From Eledone cirrhosa (lineage: Eukaryota): DNA of 64,000 bases. Shown here in pieces: positions 37,019-49,028 of this stretch; the first letter of the stretch is position 1; each line of letters starts with the position of its first letter. Under the pieces are notes generated by a model that was not told the DNA's origin, did no database searches, and saw only the letters and a list, made by a program, of their open reading frames with translations. The stretch is taken from the NCBI GenBank assembly GCA_964016885.1, contig OZ024742.1:61938001-62002000 (forward strand), given 5' to 3'. The position numbers were made by a program, and so were the translations under genes.

Positions 37019-40000
37019 CTCCACACTTCCATTTCGTATCCAGTCCAAACATCCAATCTTGCCAAATCCTAAATGTAGTTGACGTATTCCGAAAACAAAT
37101 CTGTATTTTTTGTTATTACTTGTTAAATACGAGAGTTTTTGTCGTATTGAACAGAACAAATCTTGTATTTTTGTTAATCGCTTGTTAAATACAAGGACCT
37201 CATTCAATCCTTACCTTATAGCTAGCTACCCAACACCCTCCCTCCCGCCCCCACGCACCACCATTGTTATTACGTGGACCAATCATAAGCCAGAGCCCCC
37301 CCACGCATCACCATTATTATTACGCGGACCAATCATAAGCCAGAGCCCCCCACGCATCACCATTATTATTACGCGGACCAATCATAAGCCAGAGGCCTAT
37401 ACTACCGCTTGCCCGGTTGCCTTTCGATATATGATGGATTGATGGACTACGGAATCCTGGAGAGTGGAAGAGAGAGAAAAAAGTGGACGCTCAGCGACAA
37501 TGCCAAAGATAAAGACAAATTCACCTCGTGGACGAGAATGCGAGCACTCCTCTTTGTTTCGACCACGGACGGCTAACATAACCCCATGTGACGGCTACGA
37601 CGAAATCCATGGAGGCTATGGGTTTGGTACTAGAAATGAGGAAGACTCCAGAATCCTGGAATTCTGTGACGCAAATAACCTAACTATCTGTAACACTAAC
37701 TTCAAAAAACGTGACAATCACCTGATCACCTATAGATCCGGGGAACACACAAGCCAGGTAGATTATATCCTTACCAGAAGACGTGACAGAGTGTCTGTTG
37801 TAAACACTAAATCCCTCCCCCATGAAGAATGCACCTCCCAACATAGACTGATAATTAGCGACCTCATAGTCAGGACGAGAGACGTACTCGACAGCAGAAG
37901 AGGACTATCCTCAGGAGAAAAATATGGAAGCTAAAGAACCCCACAGCCAGAAATAAATTTCAAAGCATATTACTTGATGCTTTCGACAGTAAGGAAGAGC
38001 ATTTAGAGTCGGACAATATAGAGGGACAGTGGGAATTTCTGAAAGCAAACCTGCTGATGGCGACAGACGAAGTCTGTGGCTGGAGCAGGCCTGTAGGCAG
38101 GAGGAGAGTAACATGGTGGTGGAACAGTAAGGTGGAGGGGTCAATTAAGGCCAAAAAGCAGGCTTGGAAAGTATGGCGGCATGGGGGAAGTAGAGAAGAC
38201 TATCAAGTGGCCAGGAGGGAAGCTAGGAGACAAGTGTACTTCGCAAGAAGGGAAGCAGAGGAAAGAAAGTTCAAGCATGTTCTACAACGCGAGGACCAAA
38301 AACGTGAGGTGTTCAGGATTGCTAGGCAATGTGTCAAGGAAAACCGTGATATTGTCGGGGAGAAGTGTGTACTTAATGATGACGGCGTACTTGACATCAC
38401 TGACGCTGATAAGAAGGTAGCTTGGAAGTGTCACTACGAAAGGCTACTAAAATAGGAGAATAAATGGGAGAAAGACAGTCTCCCCCACATCGACCCAATA
38501 GAGGGACCAGCAGTGTTAGTCGAGGGGAGTATAATAAGTAAGGCAATCAAGGATATGAAGACGGGTAAGGCTGCTGGGCCTTCGGAAATAGTTGCTGAGA
38601 TGCTGAAGGCATCTGGCACGGTGGGACACACCATGGTTACCCGGATAGTTAACCAAGTCGTACAGAATGGGGTTGTTCCGAAGGACTGGCATAGCAGCAT
38701 CATCGTTAACTGTTATAAGGGTAAAGGAGATGCCCTAGATAGGAGTAACTATAGAGGCATTAAATTAATCGACCAGGTCATGAAGGTCACGGAAAAAGTA
38801 ATAGCGCAACTAATCAGAGAGAGAATTGACCTAGATGAAATGCAGTTCGGGTTTGTGTCAGGCAAAAGTACCACAGACGCTCTTTTCATTGTACGACAAC
38901 TACAGGAGAAGTACCTAGCTAAAGGTAAACCCCTCTACTTAGCTTTTGTCGACTTGGAGAAAGCCTTCGACAGAGTCCCCCGTTCCATTATCTGGTGGGC
39001 CCTTAGAAAACAAGGTGTCGACGAATGGCTTGTGAGAGCTATACAAGCCATGTATAAAGAAACAGTCAGCAAGGTTAGAATTAACAACGAATATAGTGAA
39101 GAGTTTAGTGTAAAAGTTGGCATCCATCAGGGCTCTGTTCTCAGCCCCCTACTATTTATTATTGCCCTTCAGGCTATAACAGAGGAGTTCAAGACCGGCT
39201 GCCCATGGGAACTCCTATACGCAGACGACCTGACACTCATAGCTGAATCAATGGCCGAGCTAGAGAAGAAATTCCAAACATGGAAGCACGGCCTAGAATC
39301 AAAAGGACTTAAAATTAACCTGGCTAAGACTAAAGTTCTAGTTTGTAGGAAAGAAAATAAGGCGGCGGTCCCTTCCGGGAAATGGCCATGCTCAGTGTGT
39401 AGGAAAGGCGTAGGTAGAAACTCCATTTTATGTCCCAAATGCAAAGTATGGGTGCATAAAAGATGTAGTGGGATCACAGGTAAGCTAACTAAGAACATAG
39501 ATTTTACATGTGGCCGGTGCTCTGGTGCAATAAGTAGCAGCAAGTGCCCACGAAATACTAGCTCTTACAACTGCACAGAGGGCTCTATAGAAATAGTGGA
39601 CAGCTTCCGTTACCTGGGTGACAAAATCAGCAGTGGGGGAGGGTGCTCTGAAAGTACAGTAGCTAGAGTCAGAACTGGATGGAAAAAGTTCAGAGAGCTT
39701 ATACCACTATTAGCCGCTGAAGGGTTCTCCCTAAAAATGAAAGGCAGGTTGTATGATGCCTGCATACGAACAGCAATGTTGCATGGCAGTGAGACCTGGC
39801 ATTGTGTGCAGAGGATATACGCAGACTAGAGAGGAACGAAGCTTGCATGCTCCGCTGGATGTGTAATAGTAATATACGTGAACGGCAAAGCATAAACGAA
39901 CTAAGGAAAAAATTAGTAATAAGAGGGATCAGATGTTGTTTACTCGAGAGAAGGCTACGTTGGTATGGACACGTGATGCGCATGAAAGTCGATAGCTGTA

Positions 40001-40566
40001 TAACAAAGTGCAGGGCAATAAAGATAGACGGTAGCCACGGAATAGGCAGACCTAGAAAAACCTGGGACGAGCTGATAAACTCTGACCTCACACACTTACA
40101 CCTCTCCAAGACAATGTCACTGGACCGAGACCTTTGGCGGTACTCAGTAATAGAGAAGACCCGCCTTACCTAAATACACAGTAAAACCTACTACAGCCAG
40201 TAAGCATCTCTAACAAAATACACCCCGTCCCACCACCCCCACTCCATCCACACCACCCCCTTCTATGTAAAGTTATGTTGGTGCCACACCATCCAGGCCG
40301 AAACAAATGAGATCGTGTAGGTGTCACGACAAAAAAACACAGTCCACACTGTAATGTGGCCGTGTAGGCAACACGGTAAAAACCTCCCAGACCCACACTG
40401 TAAATGTGGTTGGTGTTAGGAAGGGCATCCAACTGTAGAAAACATGCCAGATAGTCCTATGAGAGCAAGACAATCACTCTTGCCTCAAGTGGGAATACCC
40501 CCGTCCAGACCCATGCAAGCGTGGAACACGGACGTTAAACGTTGATGATGATGATGTTGATGATGA
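37019..40566 (+). mobile_element. RTE LINE family A retaining its probable 5' UTR; endonuclease internally deleted, frameshifted
   Basis: 5' region with 3 x ~49 bp repeats; ORF jumps from RPRTANI to [10 protein letters not shown]; stop at 38453; YADD intact; frameshift near 39800. Confidence 0.95.
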
Positions 40567-40667
40567 TATATACAAATATACATATATACAAATATACATA
40601 CATATATATACATATATACAAATATACATACATATATATATACATATATATACAAATATACATATAT

Positions 40668-40980
40668 GGAGGCACATGGCTTAGTGGTTAGTTCAATTCT
40701 CAGACCGGGTGATGTGTTGTTTCCTTGAGCAAGACACTTTATTTCACATTGCTCCAGTTTACTCAACTGTAGAATTGAGATGATAGGGACTGGGGTCCAT
40801 ATCATTCCACTGCAAAGTGGTCGTGGAGGTGCCACGGCAAAAAAAAAAGCACCCAGCACTCACTGTAAATGAGGTTGGTGTTAGGAAGGGCATCCAACTG
40901 TAGAAATCAAGCCAGAATCAGTTCCTGCCTCACCCTTGCAAGCAGGGAAAAAGCGGACGTAAAATGAAATGAAAAATGAT
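40668..40980 (+). mobile_element. Same chimeric SINE, deletion between A and B boxes
   Basis: ggcttagtggttagttcaattctcagaccggg junction; B-type tail. Confidence 0.85.
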
Positions 40981-41069
40981 ATATATATATACAAATATAC
41001 ATATATATATATATATACAAATATACATATATATATATATATATACAAATATACAAATATACATATATA

Positions 41070-41578
41070 TCATCATCATCATCAACGTTTAACGTCCGTG
41101 TTCCACGCTTGGATGGGTTTGGACGGGGGTAGTCCCACTTGAGGCAAGAGTGATTGTCTGGCTCGCATAGGACTGTCTGGCACGTTTTCTACAGTTGGAT
41201 GCCCTTCCTAACACCAACCACATTTAGAGTGTGGGTCTGGGAGGCCTTTACCGTGTTGCCTACACGGCCACATTACAGCGTGGACTGTGTGTATTTTTTG
41301 TCGTGACACCTACACGATCTCATTTGTTTCGGCCTGGATAGCGCGGCACCAACATAACTTTACATAGAACGGGGTGGTGTGGATGGGGTGGGGGTGGTGG
41401 TGGGACGGGGTGTATTTTGTTAGAGATGCCTACTGGCTGGAGTAGGTTTTACTATATATTTAGGTAAGGCGGGTCTTCTCTGTTACTGAGTACCGCCAAA
41501 GGTCTCGGTCCAGTGACATTGTCTTGGAGAGGTGTAAGTGTGTGATGTCGGAGTTTATCAGCTCGTCCCAGGTTTTTC
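41070..41578 (-). mobile_element. RTE family A 3' fragment
   Basis: Reverse complement of ~43828-44335. Confidence 0.93.
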
Positions 41579-42184
41579 ATATATATATATACAAATATAC
41601 ATATATATATATACAAATATACATATACAAATATACATATATATATATATACAAATATACATATATATATATATATACAAATATACATATATATATATAC
41701 AAATATACATATATATACAAATATACATATATATATGTATATATACAAATATACATATATATATGTATATATACAAATATACATATATATATGTATATAT
41801 ACAAATATACATATATATATACAAATATACATATATATATATATACAAATATACATATATATATATACAAATATACATATATATATACAGTGAAGGCGTG
41901 TGGATGAGTGGTTAGAGAATTGGATACGCAATCGTGAGGTTGTGAGTTTGATTCCTGGACCGACCGTGATGCATTATGTCCTTGAGCAAGACACTTTATT
42001 TCACGTTGCTCCTACCTGGAGTTGCGACCGATAGATAGTATTAGCAATTGGAAAGACCGACGGAAACATTGTTTCCTTGGTCCGATTTGACGAAAGTCGA
42101 TCGATTAAAAAATATATATATATATATACAAATATACATATATATATATATGTATATATATGTATATATATATATATGTATATT

Positions 42185-42221
<37 letters not shown>

Positions 42222-42270
42222 AGTTGTATATATATATATATATGTATATGTATATTTGTATATATATATA

Positions 42271-44338
42271 TAGAGGGACCAGCAGTGTTAGTCGAGGGGA
42301 GTATAATAAGTAAGGCAATCAAGGATATGAAGACTGGTAAGGCGGCTGGGCCTTCGGAAATAGTTGCTGAGATGCTGAAGGCATCTGGCACGGTGGGACA
42401 CACCATGGTCACCCGCATAGTTAACCAAGTCGTACAAAACGGGGTTGTTCCGAAGGACTGGCATAGCAGCATCATCGTTAACTGTTATAAGGGTAAAGGA
42501 GACGCCCTAGATAGGAGTAACTATAGAGGCATTAAATTAATCGACCAGGTCATGAAGGTCACGGAAAGAGTAATAGCGCAGCTAATCAGAGAGAGAATTG
42601 ACCTAGATGAAATGCAGTTCGGGTTTGTGTCAGGCAAAAGTACCACAGACGCTCTTTTCATAGTACGACAACTACAAGAGAAGTACCTAGCTAAAGGTAA
42701 ACCCCTCTACTTAGCTTTTGTCGACTTGGAGAAAGCCTTCGACAGAGTCCCCCGCTCCATTATCTGGTGGGCTCTTAGAAAACTAGGCGTTGACGAATGG
42801 CTTGTGAGGGCTATACAAGCCATGTATAAAGAAACAGTCAGCAAGGTTAGAATTAACAACGAATATAGTGAAGAGTTTAGCGTAAAAGTCGGCGTCCATC
42901 AGGGCTCTGTTCTCAGTCCACTACTATTTATTATTGCCCTTCAGGCCATAACAGAGGAGTTCAAGACAGGCTGCCCATGGGAACTCCTATACGCAGACGA
43001 CCTGACACTCATAGCGGAATCAATGGCCGAGCTAGAGAAGAAATTCCAAACATGGAAGCACGGCCTAGAGTCAAAAGGACTTAAAATTAACCTGGCTAAG
43101 ACCAAAGTACTAGTTTGTAGGAAAGAAAACAAGGCGGCGGTCCCTTCTGGGAAATGGTCGTGCTCGGTGTGTAGGAAAGGCGTAGGTAGAAACTCCATTT
43201 TATGTCCTAAATGCAAAGTATGGGTGCATAAAAGATGTAGTGGGATCACAGGTAGGCTAACTAAGAACATAGATTTTACATGTGGCCGGTGCTCTGGTGC
43301 AATAAGTAGCAGCAAGTGCCCACAAACTACTAGCTCTTTCAATTGCGCAGAGGGTTCTATAGAAATAGTGGACAGCTTCCGTTACCTGGGCGATAAAATC
43401 AGCAGTGGGGGAGGGTGCTCTGAAAGTACTGTAGCTAGAGTCAGAACTGGTTGGAAAAAGTTCAGAGAGCTTATACCACTATTAGCTGCTAAAGGGTTCT
43501 CACTAAAAATGAAAGGCAGGTTGTACGATGCCTGCATACGAACAGCAATGCTGCATGGCAGTGAGACCTGGGCATTGTGTGCAGAGGATATACGCAGACT
43601 AGAGAGGAACGAAGCTTGCATGCTCCGCTGGATGTGTAACAGTAATATACGTGAACGGCAAAGCATAAACGAACTAAGGAATAAATTAGAGATAAGAGGG
43701 ATCAGATGTTGTTTACTCGAGAGAAGGCTACGTTGGTATGGACACGTGATGCGCATGAAAGTCGATAGCTGTATAACAAAGTGCAGGGCAATAAAGATAG
43801 ACGGTAGTCACGGAATAGGCAGACCTAGAAAAACCTGGGACGAGCTGATAAACTCCGACATCACACACTTACACCTCTCCAAGACAATGTCACTGGACCG
43901 AGACCTTTGGCGGCACTCAGTAACAGAGAAGACCCGCCTTACCTAAATATATAGTAAAACCTACTCCAGCCAGTAGGCATCTCTAACAAATACACCCCGT
44001 CCCACCACCCCCACCCGATCCACACCACCCCGTTCTATGTAAAGTTATGTTGGTGCCGCGCCATCGAGGCCGAAACAAATGAGATCGTGTAGGTGTCACG
44101 ACAAAAAAACACACAGTCCACGCTGTAATGTGGCCGTGTAGGCAACACGGTAAAAACCTCCCAGACCCACACTGTAAATGTGGTTGGTGTTAGGAAGGGC
44201 ATCCAACTGTAGAAAACCTGCCAGACAGTCCTATGCGAGCAAGACAATCACTCTTGCCTCAAGTGGGACTACCCCCGTCCAAACCCATGCAAGCGTGGAA
44301 CACGGACGTTAAACGCTGATGATGATGATGATGATGAT
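42271..44338 (+). mobile_element. Young RTE LINE family A, 5'-truncated, with uninterrupted RT-PHD-C-terminal frame to stop at 43946
   Basis: EGPAVLVEG...YADD...CSVC...CGRC...RRLRWYGHV...KTRLT with no disruption; the N-terminal part of the tracked ORF is microsatellite and SINE read-through. Confidence 0.96.
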
Positions 44339-44356
44339 ATATATATATGTATATTT

Positions 44357-44388
<32 letters not shown>

Positions 44389-44390
44389 TT

Positions 44391-44422
<32 letters not shown>

Positions 44423-44562
44423 TTGTATATATATATATATATATATATGTATATTTGTATATATATATATATATATATGTATATTTGTATATATATATAT
44501 ATATATATGTATATTTGTATATATATATATATATGTATATTTGTATATATATATATATATAT

Positions 44563-44713
44563 ATCATCATCATCAACATTTTACGTCCGTGTTCCACGCT
44601 TGCATGGGTTTGGACGGGGGTAGTCCCACTTGAGGCAAGAGTGATTGTCTTGCTCGCATAGGACTGTCTGGCAGGTTTTCTACAGTTGGATGCCCTTCCT
44701 AACACCAACCACA
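44563..44713 (-). mobile_element. RTE family A extreme 3' fragment
   Basis: Reverse complement of ~44180-44335. Confidence 0.9.
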
Positions 44714-44746
44714 TATATATATATGTATATATATATGTATATTTGT

Positions 44747-47408
44747 ATAGAGGAGCAGTGGGAATTCCTGAAAGCAAACCTGCTGATGGCGACAGACGAA
44801 GTCTGTGGCTGGAGCAGGCCTGTAGGCAGGAGGAGAGTAACATGGTGGTGGAACAGTAAGGTGGAGGGGTCAATTAAGGCCAAAAAGCAGGCTTGGAAAG
44901 TATGGCGGGATGGGGGAAGTAGAGAAGACTATCAAGTGGCCAGGAGGGAAGCTAGGAGACAAGTGTACTTCGCAAGAAGGGAAGCAGAGGAAAGAAAGTT
45001 CAAGCATGTTCTACAACGCGAGGAACCAAAAACGTGAGGTGTTCAGGATTGCTAGGCAATGTGTCAAGGAAAACCGTGATATTGTCGGGGAGAAGTGTGT
45101 ACTTAATGAGGACGGCGTACTTGCCATCACCGACGCTGATAAGAAGGTAGCTTGGAAGTGTCACTATGAAAGGCTACTAAATGAGGAGAATAAATGCGAG
45201 AAAGACAGTCTCCCCCACATCGACCCAATAGAGGGACCAGCAGTGTTAGTCGAGGGTAGTATAATAAGTAAGGCAATCAAGGATATGAAGACGGGTAAGG
45301 CGGCTGGGCCTTCGGAAATAGTTGCTGAGATGCTGAAGGCATCTGGCACGGTGGGACACACCATGGTCACCCGGATAGTTAACCAAGTCGTACAGAATGG
45401 GGTTGTTCCGAAGGACTGGCGTAGCAGCATCATCGTTAACTGTTATAAGGGTAAAGGAGATGCCCTAGATAGGAGTAACTATAGAGGCATTAAACTAATC
45501 GACCTGGTCATGAAGGTCACGGAAAAAGTAATAGCGCAACTAATCAGAGAGAGAATTGACCTCGATGAAATGCAGTTCGGGTTTGTGTCAGGCAAAAGTA
45601 CCACAGACGCTCTTTTCATTGTACGACAACTACAGGAGCAGTACCTAGCTAAAAGTAAACCCCTATACTTAGCTTTTGTCAACTTGGAGAAAGCCTTCGA
45701 CAGAGTCCCCCGTTCCATTATCTGGTGGGCTCTTAGAAAACTAGGTGTTGACGAATGGCTTGTGAGAGCTATACAAGCCATGTATAAAGAAACAGTCAGC
45801 AAGGTTAGAATTAACAACGAATATAGTGAAGAGTTTAGCGTAAAAGTTGGCGTCCATCAGGGCTCTGTTCTCAGCCCCCTACTATTTATTATTGCCCTTC
45901 AGGCTATAACAGAGGAGTTCAAGACCGGCTGCCCATGGGAACTCCTATACGCAGACGACCTGACACTCATAGCTGAATCAATGGCCGAGCTAGAGAAGAA
46001 ATTCCAAACATGGAAGCACGGCCTAGAATCAAAAGGCCTTAAAATTAACCTGGCTAAGACCAAAGTTCTAGTTTGTAGGAAAGAAAATAAGGCGGCGGTC
46101 CCTTCCGGGAAGTGGCCATGCTCAGTGTGTAGGAAAGGCTTAGGTAGAAACTCCATTTTGTGTCCGAAATGCAAAGTATGGGTGCATAAAAGATGTAGTG
46201 GGATCACAGGTAAGCTAACTCAGAACATAGATTTTACATGTGGCCGGTGCTCTGGTGCAATAAGTAGCAGCAAGTGCCCACAATATACTAGCTCTTTCAA
46301 CTGCGCAGAGGGCTCTATAGAAATAGTGGACAGCTTCCGTTACCTGGGTGACGAAATCAGCAGTGGGGGAGGGTGCTCTGAAAGTACAGTAGCTAGAGTC
46401 AGAACTAGATGGAAAAAGTTCAGGGAGCTTATACCACTATTAGCCGCAAAAGGGTTCTCCCTAAAAATGAAAGGCAGGTTGTATGTTGCCTGCATACGAA
46501 CAGCAATGTTGCATGGCAGTGAGACCTGGCATTGTGTGCAGAGGATATACGCAGACTAGAGAGCAACGAAGCTTGCATGCTCCGCTGGATGTGTAATAGT
46601 AATATACGTGAACGGCAAAGCATAAACGAACTAAGGAAAAAATTAGAAATAAGAGGGATCAGATGTTGTTTACTCGAGAGAAGGCTACGTTGGTATGGTC
46701 ACGTGATGCGCATGAAAGACGATAGCTGTATAACAAAGTGCAGGGCAATAAAGATAGACGGTAGCCACGGAGTAGGCAGACCCAGAAAAACCTGGGACGA
46801 GCTGATAAATTCCGACCTCACTCACTTACACCTCTCCAAGACAATGTCACTGGACCAAGACCTATGGCGGTACTCAGTAATAGAGAAGACCCGCCTTACC
46901 TAAATACAAAGTAAATCCTACTATAGTGAGTAGGCATCTCTAACAAAATACACCCCCGTCCCACCACCCCCACCCCATCCACACCGCCCCTTTCAATGTA
47001 AAGTTATGTTGGTGCCACAACATCCAGGCCGAAACAAATGAGATCGTGTAGGTGTCACGACAAAAAAACACAGTCCACGCTGTAATGTGGCCGTGTAGGC
47101 AACACGGTAAAAACCTCCCAGCCCCACACTGTAAATGTGGTTGGTGTTAGGAAGGGCATCCAGCTGTAGAAAACCCGCCAGACAGTCCACGCTGTAATGT
47201 GGCCGTGTAGGCAACACGGTAAAAACCTCCCAGTCCCACACTGTAAATGTGGTTGGTGTTAGGAAGGGCATCCAGCTGTAGAAAACCCGCCAGACAGTCC
47301 TATGCGAGCAAGACAATCACTCTTGCCTCAAGTGGGAAAACCCCCGTCCAAACCCATGCAAGCGTGGAACACGGACGTTAAACGTTGATGATGATGATGA
47401 TGATGATA
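44747..47408 (+). mobile_element. RTE LINE family A, 5'-truncated, frameshifts near 45025 and 46530
   Basis: Full RT motif set; 112 bp duplication in the 3' UTR; (GAT)n tail. Confidence 0.96.
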
Positions 47409-47444
47409 TATGTATGTGTATATATATATATATATGTATATATA

Positions 47445-47721
47445 TCATCATTTCATTTCATCATTTCATTTTACGTCCGCTTTTTCCCTGCTTGCAAGGG
47501 TGGGACGGGAACTGATGCTGGCTTGATTTCTACAGCTGGATGCCCTTCCTAACACCAACCTCATTTACAGTGAGTGCTGGGTGCTTTTTTGCCGTGGCGC
47601 CTCCACGACCACTTTGCAGTGGAATGATATGGACCCCCAGTCCCTATCATCTCATTTCTACAGCTGAGTAAACTGGAGCAATGTGAAATAAAGTCTCTTG
47701 CTCAAGGAAACAACACATTAC
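47445..47721 (-). mobile_element. Same chimeric SINE, head missing
   Basis: CORE-like domain through tail. Confidence 0.82.
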
Positions 47722-47927
47722 CATCATCATCATCATCAACGTTTAACGTCCGTGTTCCACGCTTGCATGGGTTTGGACGGGGGTAGTCCCACTTGAGGCA
47801 AGAGTGATTGTCTTGCTCGCATAGGACTGTCTGGCAGGTTTTCTACAGTTGGATGCCCTTCCTAACACCAACCACATTTACAGTGTGGGTCTGGGAGGTT
47901 TTTACCGTGTTGCCTACACGGCCACAT

Positions 47928-47932
<5 letters not shown>
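47722..47932 (-). mobile_element. RTE family A 3' UTR fragment
   Basis: Same tail and UTR as 44563-44713. Confidence 0.9.
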
Positions 47933-47970
<38 letters not shown>

Positions 47971-47995
47971 ATATATATATATGTATATATATATA

Positions 47996-48590
47996 TCATC
48001 ATCATCAACGTTTAACGTCCGTGTTCCACGCTTGCATGGGTCTGGACGGGAATTGTCCCACTTGAGGGAAGATTGGTAGTCTTGCTCAGGACTGTCTGGC
48101 GGGTTTTCTATGGCTGGATTCCCTTCCTAACACAAACCACGTTTACAGTGTGGACTGGGAAGTTTTTACCGTGTTACCTACACGCCCACATTACAGCATG
48201 GACTGTGTGTTTTTTTGTCGTGAACCTACACGACCTCATTTATTTAGGACTGGATGTTGTGTGGTACCAACATAGCTTTACAATCGAAAGGTGTGGTGTA
48301 GATGGCAGTGGGGGTAGGGGTAGTGGGACAGGGGTGTATTTTGGTTAAGAGGTGCCTACTGACTGTAGGTTTCGCTTTGTACTTAGGCAAGGCGGGTCTT
48401 CTGTATTACTACGTAGCGCCAAAGATCTCGGTCCAGTGACATTGTCTTGGAGAGGTGTAAGTGTGTGAGGTCGGATTTTATCAAGTCGTCCCAGGTTTTT
48501 CTGGGTCTGCCTACTCCGTAGCTACCGTCTATTTTGATCGCCCTGCACCTTTTTATACAGCTGTCATTTTCATGCGCATCACGTGACCAT
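47996..48590 (-). mobile_element. RTE family A (older variant) 3' fragment
   Basis: [25 protein letters not shown]...KTRLA plus UTR. Confidence 0.9.
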
Positions 48591-48917
48591 ATATATAAAT
48601 ATATATACATATATATAATATATAGAAAAGATAATACACGAGAGAAAGTGTTTGTTTATCAATATACAGGGATGATAAACACACACTCTCTCTCTCGTGT
48701 ATTATCTTTTCTATATATTATATTTGAAGGGTCCAGGATTTTCTCTCCTTTGAGCCCATATATTACAGGGACCAACGCGAGTTTATGACTCCGTTAATTT
48801 ATTTTGATATATATATATATATACACACACACATACACACACCACACAGCCATGCCTGTATGATATGAATTCATTAATCTACAGCTAAACATTAAAAAAA
48901 CAAGCAACATTTCGTAC

Positions 48918-49028
48918 CGAAGGACTTGAGGTAGCAGCACTTGAAGATGTAGAATGGTCAAAATATGCCAAATGTTGAGGATTCCGTTGATAACAGCCAC
49001 TACCATATTTACATATTGGTTTCTTCTC
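48918..49028 (-). CDS. lig3: DNA ligase III exon encoding a PBZ (poly(ADP-ribose)-binding) zinc finger
   Basis: tttgcag acceptor, EKKPICKYGSGCYQRNPQHLAYFDHSTSSSAATSSPS, gtacga donor; 111 nt, phase 0-0; fits CxYGxxCYxxNPxHxxxFxH. Confidence 0.88.

Noticed and set aside
42048-42270. N-terminal extension giving the 632 aa RT ORF a start codon
   Set aside because: Made of a SINE tail and a microsatellite with a non-ATG start; the element is simply 5'-truncated.
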